From Candidatus Lloydbacteria bacterium RIFCSPLOWO2_01_FULL_50_20 (lineage in GTDB: Bacteria; Patescibacteriota; Minisyncoccia; Phycocordibacterales; UBA6899): a DNA stretch of 64,000 bases. The stretch covers positions 1,620-65,619 of the forward strand of contig MHLP01000007.1 of the NCBI GenBank assembly GCA_001821435.1, in the 5' to 3' direction. The notes below the pieces were generated by a model. That model was not told the DNA's origin. It did no database searches and saw nothing but the letters and a program-made list of their open reading frames with translations. Positions 1 to 9,361 of the stretch are shown here, in pieces (position 1 is the stretch's first letter; every line of letters begins with the position of its first letter). The position numbers were made by a program, and so were the translations under genes.

Positions 1-187
1 AGTGCGATAGAAAATGGCGCTGGCAACGATGCCACTCCAGAAGACATTTTGCCAGTCAACTGATCGGCCGGTCTCACATACTCTTTTCTCAACCCACTCT
101 GGCGGACAGACTGGTGCGGAATAATTCCACCAGTCATACGGTTCTAACGGAACTTGGCATCTTCCCATTGATTTCTCCGCATGTTGC

Positions 188-220
188 GGCTACCTGACCC
201 GTGTCAGGTAGCCGCAAATA
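188..220. repeat. Perfect 13-bp stem hairpin (gcggctacctgac ccgt gtcaggtagccgc) with no T-run; function unknown
   Basis: Inverted repeat read directly in the sequence. Confidence 0.4.
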
Positions 221-373
221 CGGAGGAAAGGCTTCTGGCTATACCTTACATCTTCCGGTCATTCAGTCAACGCGCATGGGAGATGAAAGGTTAATAGTCT
301 ATCGTCGACAATATTTTCTAGTCCTGTTAGCGTTCCCAAGATGTTAAATTCCTCATGAGTTATTCATTGCCGC

Positions 374-760
374 ATGTGGTATAATATTATATATAATTTT
401 TTTATATTGAAACAATCATCACCTCAGGTATATGCAACAGAACGTTTAAAAGCGGGCTTGAGTCCTGATGCGATCAAGCGGGATCTCCTTGCTGTCGGCT
501 GGTCGGAAGAGGAGGCGAATACGGCCATCGTCGGAGGGCTTATCGCTCTCGGGGTCCCTGTTCCGCCGAATGGAACGCGGACAGGCCACGGCAGACTCTC
601 TTCGACCGTTGAAGTAGTGCTCAATTTTTTCTCTTTTATCGCTCTTGGTGTTGCGAAATTTCCTATTCCTGTGACAAACGAAGGTTTTATAAAAACCACT
701 AATTTATCCCTTTCTCCATTTGTGATCTTATCGCTTCGATTTGCTCATCGGTCAATATGA
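374..760 (+). pseudogene. N-terminal fragment (about 87 aa, then divergent) duplicating the start of the 2607..3824 membrane protein; likely a gene remnant
   Basis: About 245 nt (approx. 410-653) is about 95% identical to 2630-2875, including the promoter-like tgtggtata upstream; the reading frame diverges after the repeat. Confidence 0.45.
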
Positions 761-962
761 GCTCACCGTTTTCGTTAACTTCAGCCCCCTCACGCATGAG
801 TGCCTTAGCCACTTCTCCTTGGTTATATTTTGTTAATCGAGCGATCTTTCCGACCGCTTCTGCGATGCGCTCGGCGTGTTCTTGTGGGTTGCGTTCAGTA
901 AGTTCATCGCGTATTTCTGCCTCGCTCCTTATTAAACCTTCTGCTGATTCATGTGATCCCAT
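699..962 (-). CDS. Hypothetical small acidic protein
   Basis: 87-aa ORF with no recognisable motif; lies inside the AT-rich segment between the duplicated copies. Confidence 0.3.
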   Translation of the reverse strand: MGSHESAEGLIRSEAEIRDELTERNPQEHAERIAEAVGKIARLTKYNQGEVAKALMREGAEVNENGELILTDEQIEAIRSQMEKGIN

Positions 963-1170
963 GATAGTTGGTTATTAATATACGATTCATTATTGACTAA
1001 TGTCTAAATTTTGTCAAAACAGGCGGAGAGTTAAGCCTCACGCGATTGACGACCCGATTAAAAAATTTATTGCGCCCCGCTATACCATGCGGTCTCTTGC
1101 CACAGGGTGGTTGATTGAGTTATTATTAAAATGGCGCCATTATTTAAAAAACTACATAAAACATAATCAT

Positions 1171-1830
1171 ATGAGTAGAGAAAGTGTAAATGCACAAAAG
1201 ACTTTTCCTGAGTTCACGTCAGTAAATATTAATGAAAACGAAAGAGCAAAATTGATTAATGGAATTCTTGAAGGAAAGAAAGTCGAGGTCCTTTCACAAG
1301 AAGAAGTGGCTAAAATTTTAAAAGCTGTTTCTGAAAAAGTTACAGGAACTGTTGATACCGCGTCGCTTGAAGAGCGAATGGCTGGTAAAATTAGTACTGA
1401 TTGGGATCTTGAGCAACATGAGGTAAAAAAAGATGAATCACATAGGGGCACCTTTTCAAGCCCCAATAATGGTGTATTTTCTTGGGTTGATGAGTCGGGC
1501 GATGTGTGGGTTGCGTCTTCGTCTTCATCCGTTTATGAGTTGGCTCGCAAGAGTGGGTTGAGGGAAGCTGAGTATGGCGTGCCTCATTCAAATGACGAAG
1601 GTGAATGGATGGCACACCATAGTAAATTTAGACAAGCAGAAACACTCCGGCAATTGGAGCACGATCTCGCTGAAGCAAAAGATGAGATTACGAAATCAAC
1701 TATTGAGAAGGAAATCCAAAAAATTAACAGTGGTTTCTACAACGACGAAAATTACAGAGCCGCAATCGAACAACGTACTAGAAAACCTGAAGCGGACCAG
1801 GCAGATACAGTGGAAGCACCCAAAATCTGA
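1171..1830 (+). CDS. Hypothetical protein (charged, coiled-coil-like C-terminus)
   Basis: ORF in an AT-rich segment; internal Met at 1171 chosen as the plausible start; no recognisable domain. Confidence 0.35.
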   Translation: MSRESVNAQKTFPEFTSVNINENERAKLINGILEGKKVEVLSQEEVAKILKAVSEKVTGTVDTASLEERMAGKISTDWDLEQHEVKKDESHRGTFSSPNNGVFSWVDESGDVWVASSSSSVYELARKSGLREAEYGVPHSNDEGEWMAHHSKFRQAETLRQLEHDLAEAKDEITKSTIEKEIQKINSGFYNDENYRAAIEQRTRKPEADQADTVEAPKI

Positions 1831-1959
1831 CGCCTATGGTAGTAGAGTTGGAATACACATTACCAGGTTACTTTTAGACCAAAAAAAAGTTCTAACGTCG
1901 TCTATAAAAGTGTACCACAAGGTTTATCCACAACCTCACTCAGTCGGCTTTGCTCGCGC

Positions 1960-2265
1960 ATGTACGATATGAAAATGGGGACAACGATTGCGGAAGGTAA
2001 CTTTGAATGGCTGGGGGTTACTGAAATTATAGACAAAAAAAAGAATGCACTTTACCGGGCAAATTCGACCACGTTGGTCCTGGTCGTAATGTTTCTGATT
2101 GTCTACCTCATACTGCCATCGGTAACAGAGGTGCCAGCGTCATCTTCGCCGATGCTGGTGTTGTTATTTGGTGCTTTGATTTCTGTAATATGGGGTGTTT
2201 CCTTTGCATTTGGTTACGCCGGATTGAGCTACGTTTCCACATATGGGATCCGACCGGACAGATAA
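1960..2265 (+). CDS. Hypothetical small membrane protein (two TM segments)
   Basis: Hydrophobic stretches LVLVVMFLIVYLILP and LVLLFGALISVIWGVSFAFGY. Confidence 0.3.
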   Translation: MYDMKMGTTIAEGNFEWLGVTEIIDKKKNALYRANSTTLVLVVMFLIVYLILPSVTEVPASSSPMLVLLFGALISVIWGVSFAFGYAGLSYVSTYGIRPDR

Positions 2266-2588
2266 CGCCGAACACAGATATAGCACTACGTAGCATGGTT
2301 TGGAAATTTCGACCATCTCGCTTGAAAGAGACTCTTGCGGGCGACTTGGCCTTTGGGAGATTGGCTGTGTCTGAATGGGGATTGAAGGGAGTCGTCGGCG
2401 TGCCGTGGCATGACATAAAGTCGATGTCCTTGATCAATTCACAAACAGTTTCGTTGCTAAGAGCAGAGAGATTTTTTCATGTGCCTGTTGCAAAAAGGAA
2501 AGTTGTTCTTCACTTTAATACGAACGACGATTGTCAGCAGTTCGTCCAAGCGGTAAAGGGGAGATTGCTCAGCATATCGGAATCTTAA
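2190..2588 (+). CDS. Hypothetical protein
   Basis: 132-aa ORF in a different frame from, and overlapping, the previous ORF; no motif. Confidence 0.25.
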   Translation: MGCFLCIWLRRIELRFHIWDPTGQITPNTDIALRSMVWKFRPSRLKETLAGDLAFGRLAVSEWGLKGVVGVPWHDIKSMSLINSQTVSLLRAERFFHVPVAKRKVVLHFNTNDDCQQFVQAVKGRLLSISES

Positions 2589-2606
2589 CTATCTGCTTGC
2601 CTCAAT

Positions 2607-3824
2607 TTGTGGTATACTACCAATATTATGGAACAATCATCACCTCAGGTATATGCAACAGAACGTTTAAAAGCGGGCTTGAGTCCTGATGCGATCAAGC
2701 AGAATCTCCTTGCTGTCGGCTGGTCGGAAGAGGAGGCGAATACGGCCATCGTCGGAGGGCTTATCGCTCTCGGGGTCCCTGTTCCGCCGAACGGCGCGCG
2801 GACGGGCCACGGCAGACTCTCTTCGACCGTTGAAGTAGTGCTCAATTTCTTCTCATTTATCGCTCTTGGTGTTGTGGCGTTCGCGCTGGTGACGCTTTAT
2901 TACCAGATCATCAATTATTATTTTCCGGATCCGCTCATCATTCGTTACGGAGGCTCGGATGTCTCTTCGGAGGCAATCCATTATGCCATTGCTGCACTGA
3001 TCATCACTTTCCCGATCTATGTACTTGCCGTGCGGCTTTGGTTCAAGCGCTTTCGCGAAGATCTGGAAAAGGTGGAGACCAAGCTTACCAAGTGGCTTAC
3101 GTATCTCATACTGCTCGTCTCGGCGATCACCATTGTCGGTGACCTTATCGCGGCCGTATTTTTTCTCCTTCAAGGCGAAGTCACTCCGCGATTTTTCTTA
3201 AAGGCATTAGTTATCCTGATACTTGCGGGGATGATCTTCGGTTTCTATTTCTTAGAACGAAAAAAGATCCAATATCGCAGAGATATCCCGCGCCGCACAT
3301 TCCAGACCCTCGGATGGGTCGCGCTGGGGATCGTCCTTGTCGCGATCGTGCTCGGTTTTATTGTCGGCGGATCGCCCAGCACCGCGCGAAAGAGCGGTTT
3401 TGATACGCAGCGTGCAGATGATCTTCGAACGATAGCAAGCTGTGTCGCGAATTTCGGGATCAATCAAAAACGGCTCCCCGATACCCTTGGAGAGCTGTCG
3501 AAGAGCGGGCAATATGCATATTGTCTCTCGGGAATGGCAGATCCTGAAACGGGAATGCCGTATGAATATCGCATTGTCGTGCCTTCGGTTGTTGTCGGAG
3601 GAGTGCGCCAGGGAGAATTTGAGCTCTGTGCCGAGTTCTCGCTTCAGTCAGAAAGTGTCCCGATCGAGAAAAATGGCTATGGTTTTCCTCCAGACAAATG
3701 GAGCGAACATGGGTCGGGCAGAAACTGTGACACGGAAACGGCAAATTTGGAACGCTATCTTGATGCTCCTCTGCCGGGTGAAAGCGCAGTTCCCGCTCCA
3801 GCCATACAGTCGAGATACTATTAA
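2607..3824 (+). CDS. Multi-pass membrane protein: cytoplasmic N-terminal domain, about four TM helices, large C-terminal extracytoplasmic Cys-containing domain
   Basis: 405-aa ORF; TM segments after residue 85; the N-terminus is duplicated at 374.. Confidence 0.6.
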   Translation: MWYTTNIMEQSSPQVYATERLKAGLSPDAIKQNLLAVGWSEEEANTAIVGGLIALGVPVPPNGARTGHGRLSSTVEVVLNFFSFIALGVVAFALVTLYYQIINYYFPDPLIIRYGGSDVSSEAIHYAIAALIITFPIYVLAVRLWFKRFREDLEKVETKLTKWLTYLILLVSAITIVGDLIAAVFFLLQGEVTPRFFLKALVILILAGMIFGFYFLERKKIQYRRDIPRRTFQTLGWVALGIVLVAIVLGFIVGGSPSTARKSGFDTQRADDLRTIASCVANFGINQKRLPDTLGELSKSGQYAYCLSGMADPETGMPYEYRIVVPSVVVGGVRQGEFELCAEFSLQSESVPIEKNGYGFPPDKWSEHGSGRNCDTETANLERYLDAPLPGESAVPAPAIQSRYY

Positions 3825-3889
3825 TGTCTTATCCACATGCAGGGAGCCTGTGTTATACTTGTTCGACATTAATAAATAATCTCATCGTC

Positions 3890-4138
3890 ATGAAACCAGT
3901 TGCAATTTATACGACCGAAACCTGCGGATATTGCCGGCTTGCAAAGGAATTTTTTCAGAAAAACAACATCCAGTATCAGGAATTCAACGTCGGAACGGAT
4001 CTTGAAAAACGCAAAGAGATGATCGAGAAAAGCGGACAAATGGGGGTTCCGGTCATCGTGGTGGGGGATGATATGATCGTCGGATTCAACAAGCCGAAGC
4101 TCGAGGGACTCCTCAATATCCCCGCGGCGGTTGCATAG
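3890..4138 (+). CDS. Glutaredoxin-like protein (NrdH/Grx family)
   Basis: CGYC active-site motif in MKPVAIYTTETCGYCRLAKEFF; about 82 aa; thioredoxin-fold pattern with GVPVIVVGD. Confidence 0.75.
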   Translation: MKPVAIYTTETCGYCRLAKEFFQKNNIQYQEFNVGTDLEKRKEMIEKSGQMGVPVIVVGDDMIVGFNKPKLEGLLNIPAAVA

Positions 4139-4233
4139 GCAGAGAAGAAAATCCGTGACGACGAATGTCACCTCCTTTCCTACGTGTGGATAAAATAACC
4201 ACATACTAGTGTATATGTGCTATATTATATAAT

Positions 4234-4872
4234 ATGCGGAGATTATCCGATGAGCGACACAAGCATCTCGTTACTTTGCGAATGAGTGGCAAAAGTATTC
4301 CCGAAATCTCAAAAGAAACCGGAGTTGCAAAAACCACCGTTCTTCGCCACATAAAGGGTGTTCAAGTTCCACATAAATTTCAAACAATCCTTAGAGAAAA
4401 ACAAGGGGGGTCAAAAGATCGTGCTAAAGCCCTTCGAGTAAACATAACAGCGGAAACAGAGAAATTGGTGGGAAGTATTTCCAACCGAGATTACCTTTTC
4501 CTGCTCGTTGGATTGTATTGGGGTGAAGGCACCAAGATGGATTTCTCTGTAATTAACTCAGACCCGCTTCTTATACAAACCTTCATCCATTGCTTGAAAA
4601 CCCTAAATATAGCGAATGATCGGCTCGCTATTTCTCTGAGAGTGCATAGGGGAATTTCTATACCAGAAGCAAAAAGGTTCTGGGCTCGGACAACGGGTTT
4701 ACCGAAACAAATAATAGAGCGAGTTGAAATTATAGATGGAAAGAAGAAGGGGAAACTTCCGCACGGCATGTGTCGAGTGCGGGTGAGGTCAGGAATACGC
4801 GATCGCCTACTCATTCAAAGTGCCATAGATTTTATTGGAAAAGAATGTAATAAAGGAATAGTATCCCAATAA
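4234..4872 (+). CDS. Free-standing LAGLIDADG-like homing endonuclease (single motif) with an N-terminal HTH-like region
   Basis: Motif LLVGLYWGEGTK resembles LAGLIDADG; lower GC than the flanks; stop codon directly abuts tRNA-Arg. Confidence 0.5.
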   Translation: MRRLSDERHKHLVTLRMSGKSIPEISKETGVAKTTVLRHIKGVQVPHKFQTILREKQGGSKDRAKALRVNITAETEKLVGSISNRDYLFLLVGLYWGEGTKMDFSVINSDPLLIQTFIHCLKTLNIANDRLAISLRVHRGISIPEAKRFWARTTGLPKQIIERVEIIDGKKKGKLPHGMCRVRVRSGIRDRLLIQSAIDFIGKECNKGIVSQ

Positions 4873-4947
4873 GCCGCCGTAGTTCAATGGATAGAACGAG
4901 GGACTCCTAAGCCCTAGATGCAGGTTCGATTCCTGCCGGTGGCACCA
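4873..4947 (+). tRNA. tRNA-Arg (anticodon CCT), CCA encoded
   Basis: Hand-folded cloverleaf: acceptor GCCGCCG/CGGTGGC, T-loop GGTTCGATTCC, anticodon loop cuCCUaa. Confidence 0.8.
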
Positions 4948-5132
4948 AAACAGAACTCAACGGCTTTTTCAAAGCCAGAAGGTGGGACGCGCTCCGCGCG
5001 TGGCACATCATTTGTTTTGAAAATAGGTTCGAGCTTGGTACAATAAACACACCAGTGGCGGGGTCGGGACGGGTGCGATTCCACTTGGCGCGACAATTTT
5101 TGATTCACTGCTCGAGATGATACAATGAAAAT

Positions 5133-5420
5133 ATGGAGCCCAATGAACAAAGAAAGATCGACGAGCTGCTTAAGCTTGAAAAGGAAAACAACAGCATGCT
5201 GCGCCGCATGCGGCGGAGCATGGTCTGGAGTCAGATCTTCACCGCCTTTTACTGGCTCGTGATACTTGGTGCGCTCGGTTGGTCATATTATTATTTGCAA
5301 CCTTATATTACGCAGTATTGGAACGCCTATCAGTCGGCAATAAAAACGCTGCATGAAATAGGGGAGCAAGGGAAAACCTTGCCGGCGAATCTTCAGGAAG
5401 TTCTTGATAAAGTTCGCTAG
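5133..5420 (+). CDS. Hypothetical small membrane protein
   Basis: 95-aa ORF with one TM segment (VWSQIFTAFYWLVILGALGW). Confidence 0.35.
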   Translation: MEPNEQRKIDELLKLEKENNSMLRRMRRSMVWSQIFTAFYWLVILGALGWSYYYLQPYITQYWNAYQSAIKTLHEIGEQGKTLPANLQEVLDKVR

Positions 5421-5443
5421 TGTGTTATTCTTGAAAAACTCCG

Positions 5444-5471
5444 ATTTCTGCTCGGGTAGCTGTTTTGGCAG
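5444..5471 (+). repeat. Diverged partial copy of the tRNA-Phe 5' region (leader plus nt 1-12, followed by GTTTTGGCAG) about 60 nt upstream of the gene
   Basis: tttctgctcgggtagct is identical to 5521-5537; the continuation gttttggcag differs from the genic cagttggtag; the same derived motif occurs upstream of tRNA-Lys. Confidence 0.6.
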
Positions 5472-5525
5472 ATAACGTTAGATGGTTACAAGGGTATTAT
5501 GTATGTGAAAAAGTTCGAAGTTTCT

Positions 5526-5598
5526 GCTCGGGTAGCTCAGTTGGTAGAGCGTCCGCCTGAAGAGCGGTAGGTCACCAGTTCGACCCTGGTCCCGAGCA
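5526..5598 (+). tRNA. tRNA-Phe (anticodon GAA), no CCA encoded
   Basis: Acceptor GCTCGGG/CCCGAGC, D-arm AGCTCAGTTGGTAGAGC, anticodon loop cuGAAga, T-loop GTTCGACCC. Confidence 0.8.
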
Positions 5599-5806
5599 CT
5601 TGTTAATGTTGAGCTACCCGAGTTTTAAGGAAGCTCAGTTAGCAAGCGAGGTCTCGCGAAGACACGAGACACCAGGCTCGCTTTTTGGTTAAGGAGCGTC
5701 CCGCCGGACGCACAATAGCACAACTCGCTTTCTCCGCTTCGCTTCGAAAACGATCTCCAATAAGCCGATCACCGAAGACGGCGAACCGGGTCGGCTTATT
5801 GGGGAA

Positions 5807-6385
5807 TTAATTATGAGTGATCGATTTCACTTTCAATTCCTGGGTTTTTGTCGTATCAACGCGGGGGAGTCTGATGACCAAGAGACCATACTTTTCAACG
5901 GCTTCAGCGCCATCGGTATCGATCTCGAAAGGAAGCTCAATGTTTCGCGAGAATTCTCCCCAGTAAAGCTCCCGCATTCTGTACCGTTCTTCTTGAACGC
6001 CCTTAGGTGCGACACGCTTTCCTTCGATAGTGACCATATCGCGCGTGATCGTGATATGCAGATTCTCCGGAGTAACACCCGCGATCATGCTTTGTATGAT
6101 AAGCTCATTGTCCTCTTCATACATATCGATCGCCAGCCCGGGCTCTTCATCGCCGTCTTCTTCTTCGTACGATGTTTCTTCCTCATCGATTTCCTCGTGT
6201 TCATTTTCAGTATCTCGAGCGTATCCATGATCTTCGCTCTCTTCTTCAGTATCATCTACACGCGGTGACCAAGGTTTCTCGCTCAGGATGTGCGCCGCCG
6301 AACTTCCTTTCATTGCCGAAGTTGTGTCTCCGATTGTCTGCGTACCGGTCAATCGCTCAAGAAATGATTGTTTTCGCTCTTTCAT
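5807..6385 (-). CDS. Hsp20/alpha-crystallin family small heat-shock protein with an acidic N-terminal extension
   Basis: C-terminal alpha-crystallin domain pattern (ELIIQSMIAGVTPENLHITI ... GLLVIRLPRV). Confidence 0.7.
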   Translation of the reverse strand: MKERKQSFLERLTGTQTIGDTTSAMKGSSAAHILSEKPWSPRVDDTEEESEDHGYARDTENEHEEIDEEETSYEEEDGDEEPGLAIDMYEEDNELIIQSMIAGVTPENLHITITRDMVTIEGKRVAPKGVQEERYRMRELYWGEFSRNIELPFEIDTDGAEAVEKYGLLVIRLPRVDTTKTQELKVKSITHN

Positions 6386-7167
6386 AACGAAATATTTTTA
6401 GGCGGAATACTGATAACAATGCCCGTGTGGGGATGCTCGACATGGCTTCGCAACGCCAAACGTTTGATCTTTTCACAGATCAGCAATATTCCAATAATAA
6501 GGATCCAGAGCACGATGAAGACCTCATACAGGAGGGTGCCTTCACTTGCAATTATAGAAAAGTTAAAGAGTGTGTGCAATGCAAAGGCGCCCAGTAACGC
6601 AACGCATACTGCGGTCAAACGGACAGTTCTCCTCTGGTAGAATGTAAGGGCAAAGGCAATGCCCACCAGCCCGCTTGCGGCGACATGGAGGAGCGTCGCG
6701 CCGATAAACCTCAGATTGCTCAGGGTGATCGCTGAGAGCGTATCGCCCTGCCCGAGCGGGTTGAAGAGGAACATGGCATTTTCAAGCGCCGCAAAGCCCA
6801 GCGCTATCGTTATAAAATAGATGACCGCATCGATCGGTTCATCAAAGTATTTCGTTCTTAATGCAACGACATAGATCCCGACAAACTTCAGCAATTCTTC
6901 AGTGACGGCCCAAAGGAAAAGGATACGGTAATCTCCGTCCGCCAGATGATAGGTGTTCCGTGCCAGATCGTAGACAGAACTTTCAAGCGGAAAGGCGAGG
7001 GCAGCCGCGATCATACCGACAAGAAAGGAGAGTATCAAAAGCCCACGCGGTTCCGGATGAAGTCTGTCTTCTTTGAGCCAGAACCAGAGCCAGAATGTCG
7101 CAGGAAGTATTCCTCCGAGGAGTGCGAGGAAAAGCGCTCCAGGCGTCATCAAAAGATCAATAGTCAT
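6382..7167 (-). CDS. CPBP/PrsW-family intramembrane metalloprotease-like membrane protein
   Basis: Multi-TM protein with EExxK (TEELLKF), LLHVAASG and HTLFNF (HxxxN) motifs typical of CAAX/PrsW proteases. Confidence 0.5.
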   Translation of the reverse strand: MTIDLLMTPGALFLALLGGILPATFWLWFWLKEDRLHPEPRGLLILSFLVGMIAAALAFPLESSVYDLARNTYHLADGDYRILFLWAVTEELLKFVGIYVVALRTKYFDEPIDAVIYFITIALGFAALENAMFLFNPLGQGDTLSAITLSNLRFIGATLLHVAASGLVGIAFALTFYQRRTVRLTAVCVALLGAFALHTLFNFSIIASEGTLLYEVFIVLWILIIGILLICEKIKRLALRSHVEHPHTGIVISIPPKNISL

Positions 7168-9361
7168 ATGGGGTCACGATAAGCGGCCGCTTTCTGTCGG
7201 GAAGCGATTGCCAGATCTCTTCAGTGATGAACGGCATGAAGGGGTGAAGAAGCACCAGACTCTTTTCGAGCAGCATGAAAAGCATATATTGCGCGGAAAG
7301 TTTATCAGCGGGATCTTCTCCGGTGAAGCGCGGTTTGCATTCTTCGAGGATCTTGTCGGCAAATGTGTGCCAGACATAGTGATAGATCTTTTCTCCGGCA
7401 ATATAAAAACGATACGCCTCGATGTCCTCGGTGATATCTTTTGCGATAGCGGTGAGCTCATCGAGGATCGCACGGTCTTTTTCCCCAAGCGCGGGCGGCT
7501 TACTGAGGTCGGTGCCTTCGATGGCTGTCAGAACAAAGCGTGAGATATTCCAAAGCTTATTCGCAAAATATTTATACGCCTTTACCTTATCCTCGGAGAT
7601 GCGGGTGTCGGTTCCCGGCGTGTTGCCGATGATGAGGGCCATACGTCCGGCATCCGCACCGAACTTTTTCGCGATGTCGATGGGATCTATACCGTTACCG
7701 AGCGATTTAGACATTTTTCTTCCATGCGCGTCGCGTACGGTGCCGTGAAGATAGACGGTGCGGAAAGGAATAGTACCGAGCGCGTATCCGGTCATGAGTA
7801 TCATGCGAGCAACCCAGAAAAAGAGGATCTCATAGCCTGTTTCGAGTACCGTTGTGAGGTGGTACGTCTCCAGATCTTTCGTCTTCTCCGGCCAGCCGAG
7901 CGTGGAGAATGTCCAGAGCCCCGAAGAGAACCATGTGTCGAGCGTATCGGGATCCTGATCCCAGCCTTCGCCGTCCGGCGCCTCGACACCCGCATACACC
8001 TCATCGTTTTGGCCTGCCGTGAGCTTCGTCGAACGGTACCATACAGGAATACGGTGTCCGTACCAGATCTGCCGTGAAATGCACCAATCGCGCAGGTTAT
8101 CTATCCAGTGAAAATAGGTTTTTTCAAAATGTTCAGGAATGATCGTTGTCGCACGGCTCTCGACCACCTTGCGCATGATCTCTTTCAGTGTTGTCTTTGA
8201 CCCTGATGCTATCCCCGGAATAGCGGAATAGGGGAGAGTGAATTCTTTGTTGACCGCAACAAACCACTGTTTCATGATCTGCGGTTCAATAAGTCCGCCC
8301 GTTCGTTCGGCTGTGGCCACGTTGTGTGTGTAGGCTTCTTCTTTGACGACGAGACCTTTTGCGCGCATTTTTTCCACAATTAGTGCACGAGCTTCGCTAA
8401 TTTTTTTCCCGGCAAATTCACCCGCTATCGAAAGTAGCCTCCCATAAGTATCAATGATCTGCTCCTTGTCGAGGTTATGCCGTTCTGCAATCTCAAAGTC
8501 GACCATACTATGCCACGGTGTGATCGTCATAACCCCTGTTCCGAACGCCATGTCGATGGCAGGGTCTTTTACCACTGTTGCAGTAATGGGGCCGTTGATC
8601 CATTCAAGTTCAAACTTTTCGCCATTTTTATATTTTGTATAGCGCTTGTCATCAGGATGCATGACAACGTACTTATCACCGAATTTCGTTTCCGGGCGGG
8701 CGGTGGCAATTTCAAACGGACCATACTTAAAAGTGTAAAATGTTGTTCCTTCTTCTTTGTAAACAATTTCATCGTCCGATATCGTTGTCTGACCCTTCGG
8801 ATCCCAGTTCACGATCCGCTGTCCCCGATAGACAAGACCGTCGTCATACATTTTTTTGAACATTGTCCGTACGGCCTTTGTGCGCACCTCGTCGAGCGTG
8901 AACGCTTCCCGCGACCAGTCACAAGAGGCGCCGGTCACCTTTATCTGTTCAACGATGGTGTCGTGGCTTTCTTTTGCGAATCGTTCGATCCGGCGCAGTA
9001 ATTCGTCGCGTCCGATATCGTGACGCGATCTTTTCTCTTTTTTATAGATGTCTTTCTCGACTTTTGCCTGAGTTGCTATGGCGGCATGGTCTGTTCCCGG
9101 AAGCCATAATGTCCGCTTTCCGCTCATGCGCGCAAAACGTATGAGAATGTCTTCGATGGTGATCATGAGCGCGTGGCCCATATGAAGCACCCCGGTCACA
9201 TTGGGCGGCGGCATGACGATCAAATAAGGCTCAGCATCGGCTTTCGTATACCCCTTTTTAACGCAAATATCCGGATCAAAGACGCCGAGATCGAGCCACA
9301 GCTGATAGATACGCCCCTCGGTTTCTTCGGGGTTATACGGAGACAGAAATTTAGGGTCCAT
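7157..9361 (-). CDS. valS: Valyl-tRNA synthetase (short form, 734 aa)
   Basis: PPPNVTGVLHMGHA (HIGH) and KMSKSLGN (KMSKS) class I motifs with ValRS-type surrounding sequence. Confidence 0.85.
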   Translation of the reverse strand: MDPKFLSPYNPEETEGRIYQLWLDLGVFDPDICVKKGYTKADAEPYLIVMPPPNVTGVLHMGHALMITIEDILIRFARMSGKRTLWLPGTDHAAIATQAKVEKDIYKKEKRSRHDIGRDELLRRIERFAKESHDTIVEQIKVTGASCDWSREAFTLDEVRTKAVRTMFKKMYDDGLVYRGQRIVNWDPKGQTTISDDEIVYKEEGTTFYTFKYGPFEIATARPETKFGDKYVVMHPDDKRYTKYKNGEKFELEWINGPITATVVKDPAIDMAFGTGVMTITPWHSMVDFEIAERHNLDKEQIIDTYGRLLSIAGEFAGKKISEARALIVEKMRAKGLVVKEEAYTHNVATAERTGGLIEPQIMKQWFVAVNKEFTLPYSAIPGIASGSKTTLKEIMRKVVESRATTIIPEHFEKTYFHWIDNLRDWCISRQIWYGHRIPVWYRSTKLTAGQNDEVYAGVEAPDGEGWDQDPDTLDTWFSSGLWTFSTLGWPEKTKDLETYHLTTVLETGYEILFFWVARMILMTGYALGTIPFRTVYLHGTVRDAHGRKMSKSLGNGIDPIDIAKKFGADAGRMALIIGNTPGTDTRISEDKVKAYKYFANKLWNISRFVLTAIEGTDLSKPPALGEKDRAILDELTAIAKDITEDIEAYRFYIAGEKIYHYVWHTFADKILEECKPRFTGEDPADKLSAQYMLFMLLEKSLVLLHPFMPFITEEIWQSLPDRKRPLIVTPYDY

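Noticed and set aside
1-370. Possible partial gene at the window start
   Set aside because: No ORF of useful length in any frame; only a strong hairpin at 188-220 was noted.
4948-5130. Possible extra tRNA-like structure downstream of tRNA-Arg (gggtgcgattccac)
   Set aside because: No complete cloverleaf could be folded; the T-loop resemblance is partial.
8477-9001. 174-aa plus-strand ORF
   Set aside because: Antisense to valS.
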